Shown: positions 25,338-34,515 of the stretch, piece by piece
Position numbering within the stretch: the first letter of the stretch is position 1
How the letters are laid out: each line of letters starts with the position of its first letter
Assembly: GCA_919901855.1 (NCBI GenBank)
Contig: CAKKQC010000041.1
Coordinates: 5,088 to 69,087, forward strand
DNA length: 64,000 nt
Reading direction: 5' to 3'
DNA from: a bacterium
GTDB taxonomy: Bacteria; Oederibacteriota; CAKKQC01
Position numbers and translations under genes: made by a program
Notes under the pieces: generated by a model
Seen by the model: the letters and a program-made list of their open reading frames with translations, nothing else
The model's database searches: none
What the model was told of the DNA's origin: nothing

Positions 25338-26270
25338 ATGGAACCGGAAACCGGCGGAGCGCTGGTCGAGGCCGGCCGCCTGCTCGAGGCCGGCGACCTC
25401 GACGGCGCCGTGCGCGCCTGCCAGCGGGCGCTGCGCATCATGCCCGGATCGTTTCCCGCGCACCTGCGGCTCACGCAGATCTACGGGCGGAAGTTCCTCC
25501 GCTCCCGGGACCCCGTGGTACGGCGGCTGGCGGAGCGGGAGTTCGCGGAAGCGATGCGGCTCGCGCCGGCGGACGAGACCGTGCATAACGCCCTCTTCGA
25601 CGTCGCCGTCGAGACCGGGCAGGCGGACGCCCTGCGGGCCCGGTACCTCGGGGAGTGGGCCGGCCTGCCGTTCGCGAAGCCGGCCGTCCGGCGGCTCGAG
25701 GAGTCCGGTCCCGTGCTCGAGCCCATCCAGGATCCCGAGACCGACCCCCTGCGCAAGATCGCCATCGGCACCGTCTTCGTCATCGTCGCCAGCCTCGCGT
25801 GGCAGTTCGGTCCCCCGCTCTGGCACATGCTCGAGAGGAGGATGGCGCCCCCGGGCGACCCGGCGCTCCAGTTCGCCCTCGACGACCTGTCGGGCCACCG
25901 GGTCGCGCTCGCGGACTTCCGCGGCAAGGCGGTCGTCGTCGTGGACTTCTGGGCGACCTGGTGCGGGCCGTGCCGCGCGAGCCTGCCCGCCCTGCACAAC
26001 CTCCGCAAGAAGTACCGGGGCCAGGGCGTCGAGGTCCTGAACCTCAGCCTGGACGACGACCCCTCGGTGGTGGCACCCTACCTCGCCCAGGAGCAGCTCG
26101 ACCTCTGGGTCCTCCTCGACCGGGGCCACGCCGTCGCCCGGGCGTGGGGGGTCTCGGGAATCCCGAGCATCTTCGTCATCGACAAGAACGGCATGAAGCG
26201 CGAGCAATTCGTGGGATACAGTCCGGACCTCGAGGCCCGGATCGAACAGCTCGTCAACGAGCTCCGGTGA
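25338..26270 (+). CDS. TlpA-like thiol:disulfide oxidoreductase with N-terminal TPR-like region and one TM helix
   Basis: VVVDFWATWCGPCRASLP carries the WCGPC motif. TM helix IAIGTVFVIVASLAW. The leaderless-type ATG was chosen over the longer track start 25254. Confidence 0.85.
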   Translation: MEPETGGALVEAGRLLEAGDLDGAVRACQRALRIMPGSFPAHLRLTQIYGRKFLRSRDPVVRRLAEREFAEAMRLAPADETVHNALFDVAVETGQADALRARYLGEWAGLPFAKPAVRRLEESGPVLEPIQDPETDPLRKIAIGTVFVIVASLAWQFGPPLWHMLERRMAPPGDPALQFALDDLSGHRVALADFRGKAVVVVDFWATWCGPCRASLPALHNLRKKYRGQGVEVLNLSLDDDPSVVAPYLAQEQLDLWVLLDRGHAVARAWGVSGIPSIFVIDKNGMKREQFVGYSPDLEARIEQLVNELR

Positions 26271-26273
26271 CTC

Positions 26274-26747
26274 CTATTTCATTCCCTTTCCCATCATCTC
26301 GCTGAACTCGATCGCGCGGTTCTCGGACCGGCGCGTGGCCACGGCCTTGCGCATCATGTCGCCGATGAACGGGTTAGACATGATCACCTTGCGGAACGTG
26401 GACCGGAGGAGGGTGAACACGAGGCCGTCCTCGAGGCAGATCACGGACGCGCTCCGCGGCTCGTCGCTGATCAGGGACATTTCGCCGAAGAACTCGCCCG
26501 GGCCGAGCGTGGCGACCTGCTGGTCGATGAGCTTGCGCTTCAGGAACACGCCGACCGCGCCCGTGGAGATGATATAGAAGATCTCGCCGGTCTTGCCCTC
26601 GGTGATCATGATCTCGTCCTTGACCATGTTCGCCTTGTCGAACCCCAGCAGGAGGGCGTTGAGCTCGCTCGGCTGGAGATGGGCGAACCAATCAAGTTTT
26701 TCGAGGACGGTCTTGATCGAATCCTTGTCGCTCTGGCTCAGGCTCAT
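26274..26747 (-). CDS. stand-alone cyclic-nucleotide-binding domain protein
   Basis: ATG at 26747 is preceded by GGGAGG. GEFFGEMSLISDEPRSASV is the cNMP phosphate-binding cassette. No fused output domain. Confidence 0.85.
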   Translation of the reverse strand: MSLSQSDKDSIKTVLEKLDWFAHLQPSELNALLLGFDKANMVKDEIMITEGKTGEIFYIISTGAVGVFLKRKLIDQQVATLGPGEFFGEMSLISDEPRSASVICLEDGLVFTLLRSTFRKVIMSNPFIGDMMRKAVATRRSENRAIEFSEMMGKGMK

Positions 26748-26806
26748 TTCATCGCCTCCCGAATATCCGGCTGGCGGTATTCTACCACCCGCCCGCGGCG
26801 CGCTTT

Positions 26807-27874
26807 CTAGGCGCTCGCCTTCACGAACTGCCGGTAGATCTCCTCGAGGGTCCGGACGTCCACGACTGCGTCCGCGGCCGGGGACCGGAACGGCGCGCCC
26901 GTGGTCAAGCACTCGGCGAAATGCTTCAACTCCTCCTTGAACGCCCAGGGCCAGCCCTGGACCGCGAAGTGCTCGGCGGCCACGGGCCCGTCCTTCCCCG
27001 CCACGTAGGTCTCGACGGTCGCCTGGCGGTTGGGCTGGAGGAGCGGCGGGGCGTGCGTCCGCACCCACCCCCGGTCGAAGTACACGGTCGTGTGCTCGTC
27101 CCAGGCGTGGTAGGCCACCGACCCCGACTCGACGATCGTCCTGACCCCCGCGACCTCGAGGATCACGACGCCGTGCATGCCGTCGGAATCGAGGTCCACG
27201 TGCTTGACGACCGCCCGGTCCCCGGCGCCGAGCAGGAACCGGACGAGGTTGACGTTGTGCGTGTACTGCTGGAGGTAGCCGACGTACCGGTCGAAGTAGC
27301 CTTCCGGCATCCACGCCGGCCGGATCTTGGGCGGCGCCGGCACCGGCTCGTCGGACCCCTCGAACGGCGTGTCCAGCCCCGCCACCCAGTCGCCGCAGAA
27401 CCCGTGCTGGCGCACGTACCGGATGGCCCCCAGCTCCCCGCTGGCCGCGTATCCGGCGATCAGGGCCTTCACCTTGAGGTTGCCGGAGTCGTAGCGCTTC
27501 ATGTACGCGACCATGAGCCGCTTGCCGCTCTTCCGTTCCGCCTCCAGGATCCGCTCCCCCTGCTCCACCGACACCGCCATCGGCTTCTCCATGAGGACGT
27601 CCTTGCCCGCGAGCAGGAGGTCGCGCGCGATCTCGCCCTGTCCGATGAAGTGCCCCGACACCATCACGGCCCGGATCGCGGGGTCCGCCGCCAGCGCCAG
27701 GTGGTCGGCGTAGAGCCTCGGAATCCGGAACTTCTCCTGAATCCGCTTCCCCAGCTTCGGCCGCACCTCCGCCAGCGCCGCCAGCTCGATCTGCGGCAGC
27801 GAGCACAGGTTGGGAAGGTGGACCCTCTGCGCGAGATACCCCGCGCCCACGTATCCGAGTTTCAACGTCTCCAT
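26807..27874 (-). CDS. Gfo/Idh/MocA family oxidoreductase
   Basis: LKLGYVGAGYLA is a Rossmann motif, and the EKP motif appears in LMEKPMA. ATG 27874 lies 8 nt after TAGCGT. The track start GTG 27880 is the alternative. Confidence 0.9.
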   Translation of the reverse strand: METLKLGYVGAGYLAQRVHLPNLCSLPQIELAALAEVRPKLGKRIQEKFRIPRLYADHLALAADPAIRAVMVSGHFIGQGEIARDLLLAGKDVLMEKPMAVSVEQGERILEAERKSGKRLMVAYMKRYDSGNLKVKALIAGYAASGELGAIRYVRQHGFCGDWVAGLDTPFEGSDEPVPAPPKIRPAWMPEGYFDRYVGYLQQYTHNVNLVRFLLGAGDRAVVKHVDLDSDGMHGVVILEVAGVRTIVESGSVAYHAWDEHTTVYFDRGWVRTHAPPLLQPNRQATVETYVAGKDGPVAAEHFAVQGWPWAFKEELKHFAECLTTGAPFRSPAADAVVDVRTLEEIYRQFVKASA

Positions 27875-27882
27875 GGTCACTT

Positions 27883-27892
27883 ACGCTAGACT
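27883..27892. promoter_or_regulatory. overlapping divergent -10-like boxes TAGCGT (minus) and TAGACT (plus)
   Basis: Minus-strand TAGCGT (27888-27883) lies 8 nt from ATG 27874. Plus-strand TAGACT (27887-27892) lies 9 nt from ATG 27902. Confidence 0.4.
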
Positions 27893-27901
27893 CTCCAGAG
27901 G

Positions 27902-29086
27902 ATGATTTCAAGGCGCTGGATCGCCCCGGGCTTCGCCGCCGCTCTCCTCGCCGGCTGTGCCGGCCCCGCCGCCGTCCCCGAGGCCCGCCCCCCGAGGAAA
28001 CTGCAGTCCGTGCTTCATATCGACGCGTTCACCCCCGACGGCTCGCTCGTCCGGTGCTGGACCTTCGGCGAGAACGTGCCGTGGGACGCCGCCGCCGTCG
28101 CGGTCAACCGCGTGGGCTGGATCACGACCGCGTTCTCCACCCGGCCCCGGACGCCGCAGGGACGCCCCTCCTCGCTGATCATGGCCACCGATTCCGACAA
28201 CGGGCTCGTGTGGTCCACGACCGTGGACGGCGACGCCGGATGCATCGAGGCCGTAACCGGGTTCGCCCTCGACCACCAGGGCGGCACCTGGGTCGCGTCG
28301 AAGGAGGTGCCGGGGTTCCCGGGCGCCGCCTCTCCCTCCTGGGTCCTCCGGCGGTTCGGTCCCCGGGGCCGGCTAGAGTGGAGCCGCAGCGCCTGCTTCG
28401 GCTCCTGCGCCGGGATCGTGACCGCGCTGGTCCCCGCCGGCAAGCGCGAGCTCGTGGTCGCGGGAATCGAGGAGAAGGTCTCGGTCGTGGCCCGGTTCCC
28501 CGAGGCCGGCTACCCCGTCTGGTCCTGGATCGACGAGGGCGCCCATCTCGTCTCGCTCGCCACCGACGGCTCGGGCTCCGTCTACGCGTGCGGCGTCCGT
28601 CCGATGAACGGCGGCGAGGCGTGGGAGATCGTCAAGCTCGGAGCCGCCGGGGAGGTCGTCTGGACGCGCACGTACTCGGGCCGCGCCCACCTGATCCACC
28701 CCGCCCGCGCCAACTCGATCGCCGTGGACGCGGCGGGCTGCGTCATCGTCGGCGGCTCCGAGACCGGCCCCTCGCTGCCCCCCGGCGAGGACTGGCTCCT
28801 GCGCAAGTACTCGCCCGGCGGCGACCTCCTGTGGGAACGCTCGTGGAACGGCCTCGACAACCGGCTGGACCTATCCGCCGACGCCATCCGCGCCGTCGCC
28901 GCCGACACGGCCGGGAACATCTACGCCCTCGGGGACACCCGGATCAACGACGGCGACCCGCTACCCCTGCTCCGCAAGTACTCGGCCGCGGGCGACATCC
29001 TCTGGACCCGCACCGCGCCCGGCACCGCCGCCCTCGCCCTCACCATCGACGGCCGCATCGTCGCCGCCGGCGTCACGAGGTTCTGA
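27902..29086 (+). CDS. lipoprotein with beta-propeller-type repeats
   Basis: Lipobox LLAGC. Repeated units of the form LLRKYSPGGDLLWERSW / VKLGAAGEVVWTRTY. Paralogous to 40778..42079. Confidence 0.75.
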   Translation: MISRRWIAPGFAAALLAGCAGPAAVPEARPPRKLQSVLHIDAFTPDGSLVRCWTFGENVPWDAAAVAVNRVGWITTAFSTRPRTPQGRPSSLIMATDSDNGLVWSTTVDGDAGCIEAVTGFALDHQGGTWVASKEVPGFPGAASPSWVLRRFGPRGRLEWSRSACFGSCAGIVTALVPAGKRELVVAGIEEKVSVVARFPEAGYPVWSWIDEGAHLVSLATDGSGSVYACGVRPMNGGEAWEIVKLGAAGEVVWTRTYSGRAHLIHPARANSIAVDAAGCVIVGGSETGPSLPPGEDWLLRKYSPGGDLLWERSWNGLDNRLDLSADAIRAVAADTAGNIYALGDTRINDGDPLPLLRKYSAAGDILWTRTAPGTAALALTIDGRIVAAGVTRF

Positions 29087-29103
29087 GGGGAAGGGACGGT
29101 CAG

Positions 29104-31602
29104 CTAGAGGAGCGCGCCGGACGAGGCGTCCGCCAGCTTCCGCCAGCGCGACACCCAGGGACCGGCCGGGTCGAGCCCGATTGCTTCGCGGAGGAGCCGC
29201 GCGCCCTCCGCGGGGCGGCCCAGCGCGATCCTGAGTTCCCCCAACATGCCCGTGAGATCCACCTGGACGTCCCGGCGCATCATCGCGTACTGCGGACCGG
29301 AACCCGGCGGAATCCCGCCGAGGAACGCGAGCCCCTGCTCCAGGAACCGCGAGGCAGCCGCCCAGTCCTTCCGGGGGAGGAAGGTCCTAGCCTTCAGCGC
29401 GCACCAGTTCGCCCGGATGATGCTCAGGAAGGTTCGATGGCTCGGACAGCGGCGGAACGCCTCCTCGAGCACCCGGTCCGCCTCGTCGAGCCGGCCCCCC
29501 GGCACGGTGATGGCCGACGCGTAGTCCACGAGGTTGAGCTCGTCGAGCATGCCGGCCTCCACGAACGGACGGAGCTGCCGGGCGGCTTCGGCGAGGTTGC
29601 CGAGCATCAGGTACGCGTGGCCGACGCGATTCGCCGGCCAGCCGACGCCCGGCAGGAGCGCGGCGGCAGCCTGTGCCTCTGATAGCGCCCGCGGCGCGTC
29701 GGGAGCCACATCCGTGAACCGGATGTTGTCGCCGAGCAGGGATTCGGTGCCGGGGGCGAAGAACACGGTCGCCGCAGGCACAGCGCCCGGCCGGTCACGC
29801 AGGCGGTAAAGATAGAATCCGCCGTTCTCGTAGTCGACCGACGGCGGAGTGGCCGCGAGCTCGAGGTACGGCCGGCAGAACCCGGCGTAGAGCGTCGCCA
29901 TCCGCCGATCCCACGCGAACCCGCGGTACCGGGTGGCGAGCCAATCCACGCTCACGCAGTTGAAGACGACGACCCGGACCCCGAGCTGCCGGAACCTCGC
30001 GCGCAGGTCGCGCTGGCTTCGTGACGCGCGGACGAGGTCCCAGACCAGCGGCGTCTCCCCCAGCGCGCCGCCCGCGACGACGCGGGCCGGGAACCGGTAG
30101 GACCGGAACTCCCCCACGTTCAGGACCTTGAACGGGACGCCGCCCGGAGGCCGGATCGCCGCGAGCTGGCCGAGGGCGGTCCCCCGCGTGGTGAGATGCC
30201 GCGCCCGGATGTCGGACAGGGGGCCGGCAAGGTCGCGCCAGTCCGCGATCGCGGCGCGCGCCGCCGGCACGATCCGGACCATCGCGGCGGCGGCGAGCAC
30301 CCACGCCAGCGCGCGGCGCCGGACCACGTTCCCCGTGGACTCCAGCGCCTCGGCCGCCAGCAGGGCCAGCAACCACAGCCCCGGGAGCATGTACCGGGGG
30401 AAGCGCCCCGCGGCCAGCGCGGCCATGGCCCCGGCGACGCAGACCCAGGCAGTCCGGCGCCGCCGGCCGAACAGGAGCACGCCGGGCAGCAGGAGGAGCA
30501 GCAGGAGATGATCCCGGCGCATGGCGTCCAGCCACGCCCCGGGGAAAGTCGCGAGCCGGCCGGCGCGCTGGTCGTAGAGCGTCGCCGCGTAGTCGAGGAA
30601 CGCCTCCTGGTTCGGGGCATTCCAGTCGAACGCCGGGAAGACCGTCCACGCCAGCGGGTAGAACGGGTTCCCGGTCAGGAGCCACGCCTTGCCCAGCCAG
30701 ACCGCGAGCGGCAGGCTCATGGCGACGGCGCACCGGACCCACACCGCGCGGGGCGGACGATGAACCACGCACCAGAGGACGATGAGCGGGACGGCCGAGT
30801 ATTTCGCCGCCGCGCCCAGTCCGAATAGCGCGGCGCCCAGTCCCCACGCGCCACCGAGCTGGCACAGGGCGCCGCAGACGATGAGCGCCGCCGCCGGGAC
30901 GTCGTTCTTGCACGTGCCCGCGAGCCAGACCATGGGAGCCGCGGAGAGCGCCAGCAGGATCCCGGTCCACGCGGCCCGGGGCGTGCCGGCGGTCAGGCAC
31001 CGTCCCGCCCAGACCGCGGACGCCGCTACGAAGGTCCCGGCCACGAGCCACTTGGCGATCCGGTCGTCGCCCAGGAGGAGCGCGATCGTGAAGCCCAGGT
31101 CCACGGGGAGCGGGAGATGGAACGCGTAGGCGACGTGGTCCGGCAGGCACCGGTGGGCCTGCAACCACTGCCACGGCAGGGCGAGGTGGTACAGCTCGCA
31201 GTCCACCTCGAACTCGGGGACCAGGAGGGATGGGACCAGCAGGAGGCCCCCAGCCGCGACCGCCGCGATCCCGCCGGCGCCCATGACGCCCGCGTGCCCC
31301 GCCGCGGCCGCGACGAGGCTCCGCCGGCTCCACCACGCCCGCGATCCCGCGAGCATGGCCAGCCCGGCCCCCGCGATCGCCGCGGGGAAGAAGAGGCCGG
31401 TCAGCGCCAGCCCCAGGCACGCGAACCCGAACCCGAGCAGGCCCAGCATCGCTCCCAGCCCGAACCGCTCGAGCGCAATGAGCCGGCGGGGACCCCAGAA
31501 CGGGAGCACGCCCGCCCCCGTGCGCGCCAGCGCCTCGAGGAGCACGACCGCCGTCGCGCCGAACCCGGCGATCCGTCCAGCCAGAAGCAGGGACGGGGCC
31601 AT
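29104..31602 (-). CDS. polytopic membrane protein, GT-C-type glycosyltransferase-like, with C-terminal TPR-like region (function tentative)
   Basis: There are more than 10 hydrophobic helices in the first ~430 aa, followed by a soluble helical-repeat tail. It is the last gene of the minus-strand glycan operon. Confidence 0.7.
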   Translation of the reverse strand: MAPSLLLAGRIAGFGATAVVLLEALARTGAGVLPFWGPRRLIALERFGLGAMLGLLGFGFACLGLALTGLFFPAAIAGAGLAMLAGSRAWWSRRSLVAAAAGHAGVMGAGGIAAVAAGGLLLVPSLLVPEFEVDCELYHLALPWQWLQAHRCLPDHVAYAFHLPLPVDLGFTIALLLGDDRIAKWLVAGTFVAASAVWAGRCLTAGTPRAAWTGILLALSAAPMVWLAGTCKNDVPAAALIVCGALCQLGGAWGLGAALFGLGAAAKYSAVPLIVLWCVVHRPPRAVWVRCAVAMSLPLAVWLGKAWLLTGNPFYPLAWTVFPAFDWNAPNQEAFLDYAATLYDQRAGRLATFPGAWLDAMRRDHLLLLLLLPGVLLFGRRRRTAWVCVAGAMAALAAGRFPRYMLPGLWLLALLAAEALESTGNVVRRRALAWVLAAAAMVRIVPAARAAIADWRDLAGPLSDIRARHLTTRGTALGQLAAIRPPGGVPFKVLNVGEFRSYRFPARVVAGGALGETPLVWDLVRASRSQRDLRARFRQLGVRVVVFNCVSVDWLATRYRGFAWDRRMATLYAGFCRPYLELAATPPSVDYENGGFYLYRLRDRPGAVPAATVFFAPGTESLLGDNIRFTDVAPDAPRALSEAQAAAALLPGVGWPANRVGHAYLMLGNLAEAARQLRPFVEAGMLDELNLVDYASAITVPGGRLDEADRVLEEAFRRCPSHRTFLSIIRANWCALKARTFLPRKDWAAASRFLEQGLAFLGGIPPGSGPQYAMMRRDVQVDLTGMLGELRIALGRPAEGARLLREAIGLDPAGPWVSRWRKLADASSGALL

Positions 31603-31614
31603 CCGGGGGGGGTG

Positions 31615-34515
31615 CTAGAGTCCCGCGCGGAGCGCGGAGCGGAGGGAGTCGAGCGCGGCGGGCGAGACGCCCGTGATGGACTCGGTCTGGGCGCCCTCGG
31701 AGTCGAGGAAGCCGAACGTGCGGTTGAACTTGAGCGCCTCGGAGAGCAGGGCGCGGATGCGGCGGCGGAAGGGATCGTCCTTCAGCCAGCCGCGCTTGCC
31801 GGCGTAAAGCCAGACATACTCGACGTCCTGCTCGGCGCGGCGGTAGGCCTTGAGCCGCAGCGACGCGCAGGGGCCGTCCACCCCGGCGGGCGCGCCGGGA
31901 TAGATCACGCTGGTCGAGGCGAATTCCGTCCAGTTCCGGTCCTCCCCGAGCACGAGCCAGGGCACGTAGCCGTCGATGCCGTCGGCCCAGAGGCTCATGG
32001 CCTGTGCGCTGAGGGCGAGGGCGGACATGGCCGCGGGCGGCGTGTCGCCGTAGGTCCAGATCCGCTGGCCGTGCAGCGCCCGCCAGCCCTCGAGGAGAGC
32101 CCGGTGCCCAGGCCAGCCGCCGGTCACGTTGACGTCCGTGACGCGATCCAGGATGTCGCGACCCCAATGCGGCTGGGAGACGTCGGTGCGGAAGACCACG
32201 CGGGTCCGGTCGCCGGGGGAGCCCTGCTCCCGCTGCGCACGCCGCAGGAGCCGGCCGAAGAACCCGAGCGCCAGGAAATCGTCGGCGTGGTTCGGCTCGT
32301 CCAGGAGCCAGAAGCTGACTCCGTTCCCCCAAGCCTTCCGCCTCTGATCGTACTGTTTGTAATAGTACTTGTCGTTGAGATAGACCTGGAACTGGGTCTT
32401 CCAGCCCTTCGCCTTGATGTGCGCGAGGTAGTCCTTCGCGACGGCGACCCAGGTCTCCTGCATCTCGCGGGAGAATCCTTCCTCGACGGGTCCCGCGATC
32501 CTCCAGTGGTCCTCCCACCGCACGTCGTTCCACTTGTACCCCTCGCGCATGGGTACGGGATAGTGCTCGCTGAGGGCGAGGTAGAAGTGGTCGAGCCCGA
32601 TCCCGGCGCGCGAGGTGCCGGCGAAGGCCGACCCGTCGAAGAGCGGCCCGAACCGCTCGTCCCACTCCGACCAGTCCGCGACCCTGGCCGAGGCGCCACG
32701 GCCCTTGACCGGCGGCACGCACCCGGGCTCGTAGTTCGCCGAGTGGCTGTAGTGCAGGATCGCGAGGTTCGTCCGGTGGTCGTGCGCGAGGGCATAGTAC
32801 GCGCGCTCGGCCCGCGGCCCCGGGCTCGAGTACGCGTTCATCGACCAGACGAAGTGCGCCTCGCGCGGCATGACCGCGGACGCGACCTCGAGGGTCAGCG
32901 AGATCGGGACGGACTTCCCGTGGTCGGGCTTCACCTCGAGGCGGCCCGTGTACCGCCCCGGCTTCGCGGCCTCGGGAACGCGCAGCTCGACGTACACGGT
33001 CTGGTTCGCCTGCTCCGGGAACGCGTGTGGTTCGGCCGGAATGCGGAACGAGTCCCCCGCCTTCAACGGCACCAGGGGATCGCCGTACCAGGCGGAGCCG
33101 ATGCGCAGGTACGCGAGCCGGCTGAGCCGGACCGCCGACGCCGGGATGGCCGCGCCACCCGGTCCCGAGGGGCCCCTTGGGCCCACGAGGTCGCCGGGGA
33201 CGATCCGCCACGACGCGGCGCCCTCGCCCCGGTGCTCGACGACGACCTGGAATGCGACCCACTCGCCCCGGATCCCGGCGAGCGCCACCGACCGGCGCGC
33301 GCCGTCCCACGCCGGGTTCGCGTCCCGCCAGGTTCCCCCCGCCGCGCCCGCGTACTCGACGTCCGGCTCCTCGAGCGCGTTGCCCGTGACCGGGTTCACC
33401 TTGGTCCCTTCGGGGATCACCCAGACGGAGCCCCGCGGGGGGAGGACCGCAGGCGGCGGCGCACGTCTCGGCAGGACGAGGGGGGCCGGCCACGTCATCG
33501 CCCGGGACGCGAACCCGCCGCCCTGTCCCCGCGCCACCGACCGGCCGGCGCGGCCCACGACCTCGACCTCGGCGATGATCGGGCCCCCGGCGGGCAGGTT
33601 CGGAATCAGGATCCGGGCGGCCTCGCCCGGCGGCGGGATCGGCGGGTACATCCAGCGGGGCAGGAGCGCGGCCTTGGCGTCGCCGACCGTGATCCAGACC
33701 CGGTACCCGAGGATGCTGGCCGCCTCCGCGTCCGACGCGGGCCCCGGCCACGCGACCTCGATGCCGCCCGTCCCGGGCGTCGCGCCCGCCGGCCACTCCG
33801 CCACGTTGATCTCGAGTCGCCCGGCGCCCGGAGGCGCCTCCGCCGGTTCGAGCTCGGCTTCGAGCACGGGTGCTGCGCCAGATTGCTCCCGCGAGAAGAA
33901 CCAGTTGTTGGACATGTTCGACTCCGGCACGACCTCCCGCCGGACGTTCATCGTCTGCCCGCAGTCGTCGCTGAGCGCGAGGCCTGCGGAGATATTGGCC
34001 GCGTGCGCCTCGAGGAGCCGGGGGTCCACGGGGATCGACCACCACCCGTCCGGCCCCCGCGTCGCGACCGCCTGTACCCAAAGCGTGCCGGCCCGGCCGA
34101 AGATCGTGTCGAGCAGGACCGACTCCGCCCCCGCCCACGCCGCGCCCTTGCCGGGGCCCCGGCGCATGAAGCAGGCCCCGTCGCCGGGCGCATACGTCCC
34201 GGAGGTGCCCTCGACCCACCCCGTGGCCAGCGTCGAGAGCCCGACGCGGCGGACCATGAGATTCGGCTCCGCCTCCTTGAGCCGCAGGACCGCGCTACCG
34301 ATCCGCCGGCCGCGCAGCGCCTCGACATCGAAGTCGATCAGGATCAGGTTCTCGTTCCCCTTGAGCTTGAGCCGGGGACAGCCGCCCGGGGCGAACTCGC
34401 GCTCGTCGGGGTACGCGCAGATGGAAGTGTCCGCGACAATCGGGACCCGGACCGTCTCGGCGGGAGCCGTCACGGACACGAGCAGGAAGACCGCAAGGCT
34501 AACGTTCCAGCACAT
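31615..34515 (-). CDS. secreted DUF4091-type glycoside-hydrolase-like protein
   Basis: Signal peptide MCWNVSLAVFLLVSVTAPA. The C-terminal VIYPGAP...SLRLKAYRRAEQDVEYVWL is similar to the DUF4091 signature seen in 17334..20852. Confidence 0.8.
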   Translation of the reverse strand: MCWNVSLAVFLLVSVTAPAETVRVPIVADTSICAYPDEREFAPGGCPRLKLKGNENLILIDFDVEALRGRRIGSAVLRLKEAEPNLMVRRVGLSTLATGWVEGTSGTYAPGDGACFMRRGPGKGAAWAGAESVLLDTIFGRAGTLWVQAVATRGPDGWWSIPVDPRLLEAHAANISAGLALSDDCGQTMNVRREVVPESNMSNNWFFSREQSGAAPVLEAELEPAEAPPGAGRLEINVAEWPAGATPGTGGIEVAWPGPASDAEAASILGYRVWITVGDAKAALLPRWMYPPIPPPGEAARILIPNLPAGGPIIAEVEVVGRAGRSVARGQGGGFASRAMTWPAPLVLPRRAPPPAVLPPRGSVWVIPEGTKVNPVTGNALEEPDVEYAGAAGGTWRDANPAWDGARRSVALAGIRGEWVAFQVVVEHRGEGAASWRIVPGDLVGPRGPSGPGGAAIPASAVRLSRLAYLRIGSAWYGDPLVPLKAGDSFRIPAEPHAFPEQANQTVYVELRVPEAAKPGRYTGRLEVKPDHGKSVPISLTLEVASAVMPREAHFVWSMNAYSSPGPRAERAYYALAHDHRTNLAILHYSHSANYEPGCVPPVKGRGASARVADWSEWDERFGPLFDGSAFAGTSRAGIGLDHFYLALSEHYPVPMREGYKWNDVRWEDHWRIAGPVEEGFSREMQETWVAVAKDYLAHIKAKGWKTQFQVYLNDKYYYKQYDQRRKAWGNGVSFWLLDEPNHADDFLALGFFGRLLRRAQREQGSPGDRTRVVFRTDVSQPHWGRDILDRVTDVNVTGGWPGHRALLEGWRALHGQRIWTYGDTPPAAMSALALSAQAMSLWADGIDGYVPWLVLGEDRNWTEFASTSVIYPGAPAGVDGPCASLRLKAYRRAEQDVEYVWLYAGKRGWLKDDPFRRRIRALLSEALKFNRTFGFLDSEGAQTESITGVSPAALDSLRSALRAGL

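Noticed and set aside
26274-26747. The somewhat lower-G+C cNMP-binding gene as a fourth horizontally acquired insert.
   Set aside because: The drop in G+C is modest. The gene has a normal SD site and no flanking repeats or junction features. The evidence is insufficient.
34499-34515. The 17-nt overlap between the GH5-like and DUF4091-type genes as a programmed frameshift or a single fused gene.
   Set aside because: The downstream gene has its own ATG and a signal-peptide-like N-terminus. No slippery heptamer is evident. Overlapping starts are common in this window.
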